From assembly GCA_965652295.1 (NCBI GenBank), contig CBFGTS010000005.1, positions 1 to 64,000 of the forward strand: a DNA stretch of 64,000 bases, given 5' to 3'. Below the pieces are notes generated by a model. It had not been told where the DNA came from. It did not search any database and saw nothing but the letters and a program-made list of their open reading frames with translations. Within the stretch, counting starts at the first letter, position 1; each line of letters starts with the position of its first letter. Below, one piece after another: positions 1 through 9,935 of the stretch. The DNA comes from an uncultured Haloferula sp. (GTDB taxonomy: Bacteria > Verrucomicrobiota > Verrucomicrobiia > Verrucomicrobiales > Akkermansiaceae). Both the position numbers and the translations under genes were made by a program.

Positions 1-139
1 CCGATCCGCATTTCTCACTTGCCTGAAGACACCGCTGCTCGGTGATGGAAAAAAGCAACTTGGAACCTGAATGCCTGCATCCGCGTTGATCTGCGGGGAA
101 ATCGGAATGGCGGGTGCCCATCAATCCTCCCGAGCTTGA

Positions 140-1411
140 TTGCCCTGGTTTACGCTTGGCAGCGATGCGCCGGGGCGGATCGTGGAGCCCGTGACTCCAC
201 GGCGCTTCCCGGCTCTCCCTCACTGGCACTGGCTTTGGCTTGCGGTCATGGTTGGGCTGACGCTCGCGTTGTGGCATTTCCGTTTCGCGGCGGTGACTCA
301 TCCGCTCAACGGCGACGCGGGCTTTTCCAAAGGCCTCCATGGATGGGAAATCCAGGGAGGTGTTCCCGGGGACGTGGGTGCGGACGGACGGTTCATCGCC
401 CGCTTCACGCGAGCCGAGAACCGGGGTCCGACCACTCCTGCGCTCCGCTGGCTGGGCAGAATCCCCGACCTCCGGTTCCTGCGCGTGCGCAGTGAAGTGA
501 GGTGGACCGAGGTCGTTCCCGGAGGACCCCACTGGGCGAAGCCGCGTCTCGTTTTGGTCGGCAAGACTCCGGGAGGCCAGCTCGCCTATCCCCGGGATCA
601 CGCGGCGTTTCTCGGCGAGGGCACCCGCGGCTGGCACGTCGTGGAATCGGTCTATGAGCTGATCCCGGAGATGCCGGAGATCGGGCTCGCCTTCCAGATG
701 TTCGGGCCGCAAGGGACGCTTGAGGTGCGCTCCCTCGAACTCACCGCGCTGCGGCAACGCCCGTGGGTTCCCGCGGCCACGGGACTGCTGATGGCCGGAT
801 GGCTCGCCTGGCTGACGCGCTGGCTTCGGACATCGCCCGCCCCCGCCGCACTGGGGCGCGGCGTGGCCGCCGCCGCCCTCCTGCTCGCCGCCTCATGGTA
901 TCTCATCCTGCCCGGGGCCCGGCTGCAGTTCAAACCCCTGGTCGGCTCCTTCATCACCGGAGAGGCGGCCCCCTTCCAGCCCCCGTCGCCGGCTCCCGCC
1001 CCTCCTGCGCCGGTGAAGCGCCGTCCGCCCGCGGAGGCACCGGTCACGTCACCGTCCCCCGCTTCCGAACCGCGCTCCGCTCCCACGACACCTCCGGCTC
1101 CGGAAACCCGCCAAGCCCCCTGGCTCACCGAGCTGGTGCGGGAATTCGACATCCGATTCCGGTTCGTTCACCTGGCGGCATTCGCCGGGCTCTCGCTCGC
1201 CTCATTCATCGCCCTCGGCAGCCTGCGTCCCCGCGGCCCTCTGGCGGCAATCGCGTTTCTCTCCGAGCTCATCAACGACTGGCACAACCGCGAGATCGAT
1301 TGGGGAGACCTCCTCGACCTGTTCTGGAATCTCCTCGGTATCCTCCTCGGCCTGACCCTCTTCGCATGGGGCAGACACCGGCTCCACTGCCGAAAGCCCC
1401 GCCCCCGCTGA
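140..1411 (+). CDS. Membrane protein with a soluble domain, Pro-rich linker and C-terminal VanZ-like TM domain
   Basis: 423-aa ORF with N-terminal TM, internal TMs and C-terminal HLAAFAGLS...SELIN...DLLDLFWNLLGILLG (VanZ-like). Start codon uncertain. Confidence 0.55.
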   Translation: MPWFTLGSDAPGRIVEPVTPRRFPALPHWHWLWLAVMVGLTLALWHFRFAAVTHPLNGDAGFSKGLHGWEIQGGVPGDVGADGRFIARFTRAENRGPTTPALRWLGRIPDLRFLRVRSEVRWTEVVPGGPHWAKPRLVLVGKTPGGQLAYPRDHAAFLGEGTRGWHVVESVYELIPEMPEIGLAFQMFGPQGTLEVRSLELTALRQRPWVPAATGLLMAGWLAWLTRWLRTSPAPAALGRGVAAAALLLAASWYLILPGARLQFKPLVGSFITGEAAPFQPPSPAPAPPAPVKRRPPAEAPVTSPSPASEPRSAPTTPPAPETRQAPWLTELVREFDIRFRFVHLAAFAGLSLASFIALGSLRPRGPLAAIAFLSELINDWHNREIDWGDLLDLFWNLLGILLGLTLFAWGRHRLHCRKPRPR

Positions 1412-1463
1412 TCATCCCGGCCTTGCCAACTCTCCCCTGCTCCCTTTCACTCCGCGCCCGGCC

Positions 1464-2690
1464 ATGGCCCTGATCGTCCAAAAATACGGCGGAACCTCCG
1501 TCGGCACCATCGACCGCATCCGCAACGTCGCCTCCCGCATCAAGCGCACCCGCGACCAAGGCAACCAGGTCGTTGCCGTCGTTTCCGCCATGTCCGGCGT
1601 GACCGACAAGCTCATCGGCATGGCCAAGGAGTTCGGAGAGAGCCCCGCCGAGCGGGAAATGGACGTGCTCCTTGCCACCGGCGAGCAACAATCGATCGCC
1701 CTCGTCGCCATGGCGCTTCACGAACTCGGCGTCGAAGCCGTTTCCGTGACCGGCCGGCAGGCGGGCATTCTCACCTCTGGCTCGCACACCCGCGGTCGCA
1801 TCGAGGACATCAAGCCCGACTTCATGCGCCGCTCGCTGGAGGAAGGCAAGGCGCTGGTCGTCGCCGGCTTCCAGGGCACCACCCCCGAAGGCATGATCCA
1901 CACCCTCGGCCGCGGCGGGTCCGACCTCACCGCCATCGCCGTGGCCGCCGCCGTGAAGGCCGACGTCTGCCAGATCCTCACCGACGTCGATGGCGTCTAC
2001 ACCTGCGATCCCCGCATCGTCCCCCACGCCCGCAAGCTGCCGGAAATCTCCTACGACGAAATGCTCGAACTCGCCTCGTCCGGGGCGAAAGTGATGCAGT
2101 CGCGCTCCGTCGAATTCGCCAAAAAATACGGAGTCGTCTTCGAAGTCCGTTCCTCCCTTAATGACAACCCGGGCACGCTGGTGCTCGAAGAACATCCCGC
2201 CATGGAAAACGTCGTCATCCGCGGAGTCTCAATCGAGCGCTCCCAAGCCCGCGTCACCATCATCGGCATCCCGGACGAGCCCGGCATGTCCGGCCGCATC
2301 CTCGCCGCCGTCGGCGATGCGGAAGTGAACATCGACATGATCGTCTCGAACATCGCCCACGACGGCATGGCCCGCCATTCGTTCACGATGCACTCGAACG
2401 ACCTCGGCCGCGCCCAGGCCGCCCTCAAGCCCGTCCTCGCCGAGATCAGCCCGCTGGCCAAAGTCGAGACCGAGGCCGGTATCGCCAAGCTCTCCTGTGT
2501 CGGCATCGGCATGCGCTCCCACTCGGGCGTCGCCGCCACCATGTTCCGCGCGCTGGGCGATGCCGGGATCAACATCGGCATGATCTCCACCTCGGAGATC
2601 AAGATCGCCGTCACCGTCGATGAGACCCGCATCGAGGACGCCGCCCGCGCCGTCCACGACGCCTTCGCCCTCGACAAGGCCCCGGTCTGA
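1464..2690 (+). CDS. lysC: Aspartate kinase
   Basis: MALIVQKYGGTSV, VVSAM, TLGRGGSDLTA, TDVDGVYTCDPR and two C-terminal ACT domains (ISTSEIKI). Confidence 0.97.
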   Translation: MALIVQKYGGTSVGTIDRIRNVASRIKRTRDQGNQVVAVVSAMSGVTDKLIGMAKEFGESPAEREMDVLLATGEQQSIALVAMALHELGVEAVSVTGRQAGILTSGSHTRGRIEDIKPDFMRRSLEEGKALVVAGFQGTTPEGMIHTLGRGGSDLTAIAVAAAVKADVCQILTDVDGVYTCDPRIVPHARKLPEISYDEMLELASSGAKVMQSRSVEFAKKYGVVFEVRSSLNDNPGTLVLEEHPAMENVVIRGVSIERSQARVTIIGIPDEPGMSGRILAAVGDAEVNIDMIVSNIAHDGMARHSFTMHSNDLGRAQAALKPVLAEISPLAKVETEAGIAKLSCVGIGMRSHSGVAATMFRALGDAGINIGMISTSEIKIAVTVDETRIEDAARAVHDAFALDKAPV

Positions 2691-2720
2691 TCACCGCGCC
2701 AAGGTCCGCTCCGCTTTCCG

Positions 2721-2758
2721 CAGCCGCCACCCCTCCGGGTCTGGCGGCTGATTCTTTC
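2721..2758 (+). terminator. Probable intrinsic terminator after lysC
   Basis: Stem cagccgcca...tggcggctg followed by attcttt. Confidence 0.55.
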
Positions 2759-3193
2759 CCCCTTGGGAGGCTTCCTTTGGTTTGAAGGGTCAAAGGTAGG
2801 TGGAACATGCAAGACTTGAGGTCTAAAGAAAATCCTCAGCCGTGGAGGATAGGAATATCCCGTCGCCATCCATGAGCCATGCGACCCAGTGGCCGCCGTT
2901 TTTCCCAGTCCCTCCGTGACGAGAAAATCGGATGGAGAGCCCGATATCGCCACACAGCCCATTTCGCTGAAGTGACCCTTTCGTCAACTTCATGGCTGAA
3001 CTCGCTGATGTTCCGTCGAGGCTCCCGCACTACTCGATTCGGCCTGATGCTCTTCTCCGAATGCTGCCGGGCTTATTATTGATCCGGCCAAAGCATCTGG
3101 ATATTTCTCTTCCGATCCGAGATTTACTGTTGTGCATCGGGAGGTAGAGCTGATAGAGCCTGCCATAATAGGCCTTTGTAAGGCTCATGAATT

Positions 3194-4489
3194 ATGGCCC
3201 TTTACGCATTCGACGGCACTTGGAATCAACCGGATTATAACTTCGAGGACGGGGAGGATACGAACACCAATGTCTTCCGCTTTGCCACCGCCTACGCTGA
3301 GTGCCACGGCGAGGATGGCCGGGCGCTGACCCAACAGTATCTTGCCGGAGTAGGAACCCGCTTCCGCAGGGTCGGGAAAGTCATTGGCGGGCTTACCGGC
3401 GCGGGAGGCCGCGACCGGGTGCGGGAAATGCTCGAGTTCTGCGCCGAGGAGTTCGAGAAAGGCGATACCACCGTCGATATCATCGGTTTCAGCCGGGGTG
3501 CCGCACTGGCTCTCCATTTCGCCAATCAACTGGTCGATGGAGTCAGGATGAACGGCGAAAAGTTGAAGGTCGACTCGATTCGCTTCCTCGGCCTGTGGGA
3601 TGTCGTTCCCGCTTTCGGCATCCCGGGCGCGATCATCGATTGGGCGAATGACATCAACATCGGCTGGGATCTCGATCTTCCGTCACGGGTTGAGCATTGC
3701 GCGCATGCACTGGCCCGTCACGAGCGACGACAGGCGTTCGACGTCCATCGGCTCGACCCGAAACACAAGCATCCACACGTCCGTGAGTTGTGGTTCCGTG
3801 GCAGTCACAGCGACATCGGCGGCGGAAACGGAAACTCCGGTCGCAACGCGATCGCGTTGAGATGGATGATGGAAGAAGCGCGCAGCGCTGGAATCCCCTT
3901 CACCGATGCGCAGATCGAGAAGGTCCGGGCCCAGGAGAATCCCGGTGCGCCGGTCAAAGCCGTGGAAATGAAGACCGACCGAATCGACCGCGAGTTTCAT
4001 GAGGGCGACCAGGTCCACCCCAGCGCCGCCCGGAGGCTCGAGGTCGGGGAGTCGAAAGAGATCCCGGTGGATTCGCGGCAGCCCTTTGATTTCTCCGGCT
4101 TGATGGTGGAGGCGGACGACCGCTACCGGATCACTCCCGACCCCGCGGGCCGCTGGCACGATGCGGACATCGAGTGCGATGCCACCGGCTGGCCGGAGGA
4201 CCTGAGCCGCAATGACCACTGGTGGTCGAAACTGAAGGAGGGCCTGCTGGAGTCCGGCATGGTCGGCCTGCTCCGCCGGGTGCGCTCGGCGAACTGGTTC
4301 GAAGTCTGCGCCTGCCCGGGCTTTGACGACGATCTGGCGTTTCCCGTCGGCAAAGGGCAGCACGCTACCGAGCCGTGGGTGTGCCCGCGTAGCGGACCTC
4401 TCAACTTCTTCGCCAACGACTCGGCCATTCCCAACAAGTACGGCAACAACCGTGGCAGCCTCACCGTCACCGTGACGCGCGTCGGCTGA
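3194..4489 (+). CDS. DUF2235 / Tle1-like alpha/beta-hydrolase (phospholipase) with C-terminal LecA/PA-IL-like beta-sandwich
   Basis: FDGTWN, TNV, YLAGVGT, GFSRG nucleophile, FLGLWD, HALA..ERR..F, WF.G.HSDIGGG. C-terminal segment ends FANDS..YGNNRGSLTVTV. No signal peptide seen. Confidence 0.85.
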   Translation: MALYAFDGTWNQPDYNFEDGEDTNTNVFRFATAYAECHGEDGRALTQQYLAGVGTRFRRVGKVIGGLTGAGGRDRVREMLEFCAEEFEKGDTTVDIIGFSRGAALALHFANQLVDGVRMNGEKLKVDSIRFLGLWDVVPAFGIPGAIIDWANDINIGWDLDLPSRVEHCAHALARHERRQAFDVHRLDPKHKHPHVRELWFRGSHSDIGGGNGNSGRNAIALRWMMEEARSAGIPFTDAQIEKVRAQENPGAPVKAVEMKTDRIDREFHEGDQVHPSAARRLEVGESKEIPVDSRQPFDFSGLMVEADDRYRITPDPAGRWHDADIECDATGWPEDLSRNDHWWSKLKEGLLESGMVGLLRRVRSANWFEVCACPGFDDDLAFPVGKGQHATEPWVCPRSGPLNFFANDSAIPNKYGNNRGSLTVTVTRVG

Positions 4490-4511
4490 CCCCGCTTCCC
4501 CCCGCCGACCC

Positions 4512-6143
4512 ATGAGACCTCCTCTCCACTTCGGCCGCGTTCTCGCCGGTTGCCGTCTCCGGACCTCCGACGGCGAGTTTTTTCTCAGCGCCGCCCGGAA
4601 CCCAGCGGACGATCCCGCCACCCGGCCCTTCGCCCCGGTCCGCGAACTCGAGGACCACTTCGTGGCCATCCGGGGCGAGGTCCATGGCACGACGATCCTC
4701 GGCTGCACGCTGGAGGAAGTGGCTCCGCCCTTGTCGTCGATCGTGTTCTCGAAGCTGCTCGATGCCGACCAGGGCATCCGCGACCGCGTGCTGGAAATCG
4801 CCCGCGAGGCGCGCGACGAGCTGACCGGCATCCCGGTCGCCGTGCCGGTAGAGGAGCGCGTTTTGGAAGTCGCCCCCTCGGGCTCGCGGCCGTTGTGCGT
4901 GCTCGATATCGGCCACAGTCCCGGTGCGCCCGGGGCGTGCGGGAATTTGGGCAACACCCGGGTTTGTGAGTTCGGCTTCAACTCGGAGCTGGCGGAGATG
5001 ATCCGGGGAAAAGTGGTCCAGGCCGAGGTGGCGATCACTTCCCGCGACGACGGACCTGCCGGCTATCGCACGCTGCCGGCGAAGATCAACGCCCTGCGTC
5101 CCCACTTCGCGATCAGCCTCCATGCCAATGGCGATGACGGCAGCGGGCGGGCCCGGGGCACCGAGGTGCTTTATTGGCACAGCTCTTCCGAAGGACGCCG
5201 GTTGGCCGCGCTGCTCCAAGCGGAGTTTCTCACCGCCTTGAAACTCCGGGACCGCAAGCTCAAGCCTCGCACCGCCACCGACCGCGGCGGTTCGCTACTG
5301 CGCGACGTCCGGGTGCCGATCGTCATCGGCGAACCGTTTTTCATCACCAACACCGAGGATCTCCGCGCTGCCGCCGCGAAGAAGTCCGAGCTGGCCGCAG
5401 CCTACGCGGCGGCGATCGACGCCTACGCCTCCTCGCTTTCCCACCCGCCCGAAACGCTCACCAGCGGCCACGTCGTCGCCAGCCATCTGGAGCCTTCGGA
5501 GCGGTTCAGGTTCGTCGCCACTGGACTGACGAAACGCGAGTTCCTCGACCGCAACCGCCACGAACTCGATCGCCTGATCGCGGCGGTCAACGCACGGCTC
5601 AAGCAGCAGTATGACGACGCGCTGGTGCGGGTCACCGCCGAGGACGCCCGGGTCATTCTCAACTGCGAGGCCGGCCTGCGCGGAGGAAAAGTCGATCCCG
5701 ACCACCGGCACTCCGAAGGCGAACGAGGCCTGCTGCCGTTGCCGGAGAACATCCGCGACTGGGTTGGCGACGACGCGCCTCGCTGGGACCACGCCATGCC
5801 GCTCGCGCGAAACCTCGAGTATTTCTTCCTCTATCTCGGTCAGTTGAAAAACAAGCCCATGGCCAGGTCCGGCGGTCGCGATCTCTACCGCGATCTTTTT
5901 CGTGAGTCCGGCATCGCGGCCGATCCGAAGCGCCAGGCCCGGCTGCTCGCCGCCGTCGTGCACGGCTATTTCTACAGCGGCACCTACCGCGATCGGAAAG
6001 TCCCCTTCGCCACGCTTCTCGACGGCTTCCGCAGCAACCGCCCGCTTTCCGAAATGATGGCCTCCACCCGCTACGTTCACGCCGGCAAGCCGTTGATGGT
6101 CGGTCGTGAGAACAACATCGAAGAAGCCCTCGGCTGGGCCTGA
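4512..6143 (+). CDS. N-acetylmuramoyl-L-alanine amidase (Amidase_3) with unknown N-terminal domain and lysozyme/SLT-like C-terminal domain
   Basis: LDIGH...CE...ISLHAN...GTEVLY...IGEPFFITN (Zn ligands and catalytic Glu). C-terminal ILNCEAG...SEGERGLLPL resembles SLT motifs. Confidence 0.8.
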   Translation: MRPPLHFGRVLAGCRLRTSDGEFFLSAARNPADDPATRPFAPVRELEDHFVAIRGEVHGTTILGCTLEEVAPPLSSIVFSKLLDADQGIRDRVLEIAREARDELTGIPVAVPVEERVLEVAPSGSRPLCVLDIGHSPGAPGACGNLGNTRVCEFGFNSELAEMIRGKVVQAEVAITSRDDGPAGYRTLPAKINALRPHFAISLHANGDDGSGRARGTEVLYWHSSSEGRRLAALLQAEFLTALKLRDRKLKPRTATDRGGSLLRDVRVPIVIGEPFFITNTEDLRAAAAKKSELAAAYAAAIDAYASSLSHPPETLTSGHVVASHLEPSERFRFVATGLTKREFLDRNRHELDRLIAAVNARLKQQYDDALVRVTAEDARVILNCEAGLRGGKVDPDHRHSEGERGLLPLPENIRDWVGDDAPRWDHAMPLARNLEYFFLYLGQLKNKPMARSGGRDLYRDLFRESGIAADPKRQARLLAAVVHGYFYSGTYRDRKVPFATLLDGFRSNRPLSEMMASTRYVHAGKPLMVGRENNIEEALGWA

Positions 6144-6156
6144 AACACGTCTCTCC

Positions 6157-7644
6157 ATGAAACACGTCCTTTTCATCCACGGCTGGAGTGTCACCGATAC
6201 CGACACCTACGGCGAACTCCCCGAACGCCTGGCGGCGGAGTCCGGCATCCAGGTGCGGCATCTTTATCTCGGGAAATACATCAGCTTCCACGACGAGGTG
6301 CGCATCCAGGACATCGCCTGCGCGATGGAGGAAGCCGTCGCGCGCGAAATCGACCTGCCCGCTGGCGAGCGCTTCACCGCCATCACCCACTCCACCGGCG
6401 GACCGGTCGTGCGGACGTGGTGGAATCTGTTCTACGCCCACTCCGGTCGCGAGTGCCCGATGAGTCACGTCATCCATCTCGCCGCCGCGCAGTTCGGCTC
6501 CAGCCTCGCCCAGCTCGGAAAAGGCCGGCTGTCGCGGATCAAGGGATTCTTCCAAGGCGTCGAGCCGGGGAAGGGCGTGCTCGATTGGCTCGAACTCGGA
6601 AGCCCGGAGTCGTGGGACCTCAACCAGATCTGGATCCACGCCCGCGGCACTGTCACCGACAGCGCGCCGGTGTTCAGCTTTTCGCTCATCGGTCAGCAGA
6701 TCGACCGCAAGCTCTACGACAACCTCAACAGCTACACCGGCGAGATGGGCTCCGATGGCGTCGTCCGCGTCGCGGCCAGCAACCTCAACGCCTCCACGGT
6801 GCGACTCATCCAGCGGATGCCCACGGCGAACCAGCTCGCCAAAGGTCAGGCATCCGCCCTGAAAATGGACGAGGCCGAGGTCATCGAATCCGAGCGTGTC
6901 CCGTTCCGGATCGTCCCCGGTGCCGCGCACAGCGGCGAAAAGATGGGCATCATGAGAAGCGTCGGGAAAACGGGCAGCTCACCCGTGGTGGGGCTCATCA
7001 AGCGTTGTCTCAAGGTCACCGATGAAGTCGGCTATTTCCGCCTCGCCGCGGAGTTCGAGGCGGAGAACCACGACGTCGTCGAGGCCGAGCGGGTCGAAGT
7101 GGAGGACCGCCTGCTGTTGGGCGACCGGGTTTTCCTCCACGACCCGTGTTCGATGGTCATCCTGCGGGTGACCGATGACCACGGCTACGTGCCGGAGGAC
7201 CTGCGGGTCCTGTTCACCGGCGGCGATAGCCAGCACGGCGACCCGAACCAGTTGCCCAAAGGCTTCCTCATCGACACCCAGCGCAACTCGCGCCACCGCG
7301 GCACGCTCACCTTTTTCTTCAACCACGACATCATCCACGGCTGCGGCGCGGTGTATCGCCAAACCAACGGCCGACGGCGCAAGGTTCGCGACGCCCAGCC
7401 CGGGATCGCCAATCTCGGCATGATGATCGAGGCGTTCCCCGACGAGGGCTTCGCGCACTACCACCCCGCCTACATCCGCCCCTCGCCGGAAATCCTACGC
7501 CGCATCATCCGCCCGCACTCGACGGTGCTCGTCGATGTCGTGCTCAAACGGATCATCCACCGCAACACGATGGACATCACACGCGACCTCAAACGCGGCT
7601 CGTTCAAGGGAACCAAGCCGGGGCCGGCTCTCGACCTCGAATGA
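6157..7644 (+). CDS. Alpha/beta-hydrolase (lipase/phospholipase family)
   Basis: ATG at 6157. FIHGWS, THSTGG nucleophile elbow, SDGVV (Asp), AAHSG (His). Confidence 0.8.
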   Translation: MKHVLFIHGWSVTDTDTYGELPERLAAESGIQVRHLYLGKYISFHDEVRIQDIACAMEEAVAREIDLPAGERFTAITHSTGGPVVRTWWNLFYAHSGRECPMSHVIHLAAAQFGSSLAQLGKGRLSRIKGFFQGVEPGKGVLDWLELGSPESWDLNQIWIHARGTVTDSAPVFSFSLIGQQIDRKLYDNLNSYTGEMGSDGVVRVAASNLNASTVRLIQRMPTANQLAKGQASALKMDEAEVIESERVPFRIVPGAAHSGEKMGIMRSVGKTGSSPVVGLIKRCLKVTDEVGYFRLAAEFEAENHDVVEAERVEVEDRLLLGDRVFLHDPCSMVILRVTDDHGYVPEDLRVLFTGGDSQHGDPNQLPKGFLIDTQRNSRHRGTLTFFFNHDIIHGCGAVYRQTNGRRRKVRDAQPGIANLGMMIEAFPDEGFAHYHPAYIRPSPEILRRIIRPHSTVLVDVVLKRIIHRNTMDITRDLKRGSFKGTKPGPALDLE

Positions 7645-7645
7645 C

Positions 7646-8896
7646 ATGATCGCGCCCAACCCCATCCCCGAAGTTTACATCCTGTGGCACCAGCACTGCG
7701 CGCTCGGCGAGACCCTCGCGCGCCGCATCCATGCGTGGCTGCGACCGGGGAACGGCCTCGGGCCGGAGGTCTTCTACCGCTGCCTCCCGGCTCCCGGTGA
7801 AAGCCCACGCGGTCTGCCTTTGCCGATCCCTGGCGAACTCCGCGGCGGCGGCATCACCCGCGCTTCGCAGGCAACGACCAACTTGCAGATCCTCATCCCG
7901 CTGATCGACGACAACCTCATCGCCGATCCCCTGTGGCGCGAGTGGCTCCGGCGGCTGGGAGAAGTCGAGACCCTCGTCGCGCTTCCTGTCGCGCTCGACA
8001 GCACCGCCTACAACGTCTCCGGCGGCCTTCGCAGCCTGAATTTCCTCCGTCCCAGCGGCCTGCCCCTCGCGCCCGACGCAGGTCCCGACGTCCACGAGGC
8101 GGTCGTCCGCTCCCTGCTCAAGCAACTCACGGAAAGTCTCTGCCGGCTGATGCTCTACGCCGGCGACAACGACCCTGCCGATGCCCCGAGCACCCAGGGA
8201 GGACTGCGGCCGAAGTTGAAAATCTTCCTCAGCCACGCCAAGGCCGACGGCGTGCAGCCAGCCAAGCGCCTGCGCGACTACATCTACAGCCAGACGCAGC
8301 TCGCGGCCTTTTTCGATGAGAACGACATCGCCTACGGTCGCTCGTTTTCCGGAGTCATCGAAAGCGATCTCCACGCCCGTGAGACCGCCGCGATGATCGC
8401 CATCCGCAGCCCGAAGTATGCGAGCCGCCCGTGGTGCCGCCGCGAGCTGTCGCTTTTCCGCCGGCCGAGGAAACTGTCCCACGATGGCGAAGCGGTCGAA
8501 CGCTGGCGACTGCATCCCACGCTGGTGGTCGATGCCCTCACGCCCGACGGCGAAACGCTCGGCGTTCCGGAGTTCGGCAACGCGCCATGCCTCCGCTGGG
8601 AAGACCTGCCCGGACGCGAGGAAGTCGTCGTTTCCAGCCTGTTGCGGGACGTGATGTTGTCGGCCTTCCACACCGCGCTCGGTCAGGCGGTGGCGATGAC
8701 CGCCCAGCCGGACAGCGTCGTGATCAACTGGCTTCCCGATCCCATGAGCATCCTCCATCTTCCCAAGGTGAGATCCGGCGTCGGCGAGTTCGAGGTGATC
8801 TATCCCGGCCGCGGGCTTTCCGGTGCCGAACTCGACATCCTGTGGGAAGCCTTCCCTGAAATCACCTTTCGATCCTTCGACGACCTCACCTCATGA
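7646..8896 (+). CDS. TIR-domain protein (degenerate N-terminal TIR-like domain plus an apparently active TIR)
   Basis: ATG at 7646, right after the upstream stop. KIFLSHAKADG...FFDENDI.YG...SPKYASRPWCRRE carries the catalytic Glu. N-terminal VYILWH...EVFYR...ILIPLID...LPVAL is TIR-like. Confidence 0.85.
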   Translation: MIAPNPIPEVYILWHQHCALGETLARRIHAWLRPGNGLGPEVFYRCLPAPGESPRGLPLPIPGELRGGGITRASQATTNLQILIPLIDDNLIADPLWREWLRRLGEVETLVALPVALDSTAYNVSGGLRSLNFLRPSGLPLAPDAGPDVHEAVVRSLLKQLTESLCRLMLYAGDNDPADAPSTQGGLRPKLKIFLSHAKADGVQPAKRLRDYIYSQTQLAAFFDENDIAYGRSFSGVIESDLHARETAAMIAIRSPKYASRPWCRRELSLFRRPRKLSHDGEAVERWRLHPTLVVDALTPDGETLGVPEFGNAPCLRWEDLPGREEVVVSSLLRDVMLSAFHTALGQAVAMTAQPDSVVINWLPDPMSILHLPKVRSGVGEFEVIYPGRGLSGAELDILWEAFPEITFRSFDDLTS

Positions 8897-9918
8897 ACCC
8901 CAACACCAAATACCGCGGCCGGCAGAGTGAGGATCGTCTGATCGCGTTTTCCATCGCCTACGAGCGCCACAACCTCCTTGCCCGCGGCCTCGGGCTGGAA
9001 CATCTGCGCGAACTCGTGCTCGGCATCGCCCGGCCGCTGCTGCGCCAGGGAGCCAATCTCGCCTACGGCGGCAGTTGGGCGGAGATGGAAGGCAACTTCA
9101 CCTACGACCTGCTGGGACTCATCAAGGCGGAGCAGGAGGACAACAGCCTCGGCGGTCCCGACACCAGCGCCACCATCGGCATGCTTTTCAACCATGTCGC
9201 CTGGCCCTACTATGCCAATATCACGCCCGACATCGAGGCCCAGTGGATCAACTGCTGCCGCATTATCCGCGTGACCCAGGAGGACGCCGGCTTCGGCGGC
9301 GATGAAATCATTTCCGATGAGGAGCCGGACCCGGCCTCCGATCGTTTCCTTTTCAACCGCGCCTACACCCTCAGCACCATGCGACGGATCATGGCCGAGG
9401 GCTGCGATCTCTCCCTGCCCGCGCTGGGGCATCAGGCGTTCGTCCCCGGCGTCGATGCCCGCATCGTGATCGGAGGCAAGACCAACGGCTACGCCGGCAT
9501 GATGCCCGGGATCTTCGAGGAAACCCTGCACGCCCTGAACCGCAACCGGCCGCTCTACATCCTCGGCGGCTTCGGCGGCGGTGCCGAACTGCTGGCAAAG
9601 GGCCTGCTCGCGCAGCCCGGCGAATCCATCCCGGAGCTGAACTACGACTACCATCGTAGAAACACACCGGACGTCGCCCGCATCCACGACCTCTGCGGCC
9701 GCTTCCGCAAGCCCGCCGATTTCACGCCCGAGAGCCTGTTCGACGAGTTCCAGGATGCCATCCGCCAAGCCGCCGCCAACTTCCCGCACTCGCTGTACAA
9801 TGGTCTCGATGAGGCCCAGAACCGGGCCCTCATGACCACCTCCGACATCAGCGAAGCCCGCCGCCTCGTCCGCACCGGCCTCGACAACGGCTTCGGCATG
9901 TCGCGGCTGGCGTATTGA
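8893..9918 (+). CDS. SLOG superfamily protein (TIR/patatin-associated SLOG cluster type)
   Basis: ATGA overlap with the TIR gene. IAFSIA...LARPLL.QG.NLAYGG, LSTMRR.M, ARIVIGGK, MPGIFEE, PLYILGGFGG. Confidence 0.85.
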   Translation: MNPNTKYRGRQSEDRLIAFSIAYERHNLLARGLGLEHLRELVLGIARPLLRQGANLAYGGSWAEMEGNFTYDLLGLIKAEQEDNSLGGPDTSATIGMLFNHVAWPYYANITPDIEAQWINCCRIIRVTQEDAGFGGDEIISDEEPDPASDRFLFNRAYTLSTMRRIMAEGCDLSLPALGHQAFVPGVDARIVIGGKTNGYAGMMPGIFEETLHALNRNRPLYILGGFGGGAELLAKGLLAQPGESIPELNYDYHRRNTPDVARIHDLCGRFRKPADFTPESLFDEFQDAIRQAAANFPHSLYNGLDEAQNRALMTTSDISEARRLVRTGLDNGFGMSRLAY

Positions 9919-9935
9919 TCTCGACTCCTTTTCCC

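Noticed and set aside
2836..3082. Short ORFs (64-67 aa) in the lysC-island gap
   Set aside because: No motifs and atypical codon usage; not supported as genes.
6141..6168. 11-bp direct repeat tgaaacacgtc spanning the amidase stop and hydrolase start
   Set aside because: Too short, only two copies, and no associated mobile element. Could be chance or a small local duplication.
3194..7644. Interpretation as a T6SS effector-immunity cluster
   Set aside because: No vgrG/PAAR/hcp or immunity-like lipoprotein genes in the window; the genes are instead coupled to TIR/SLOG.
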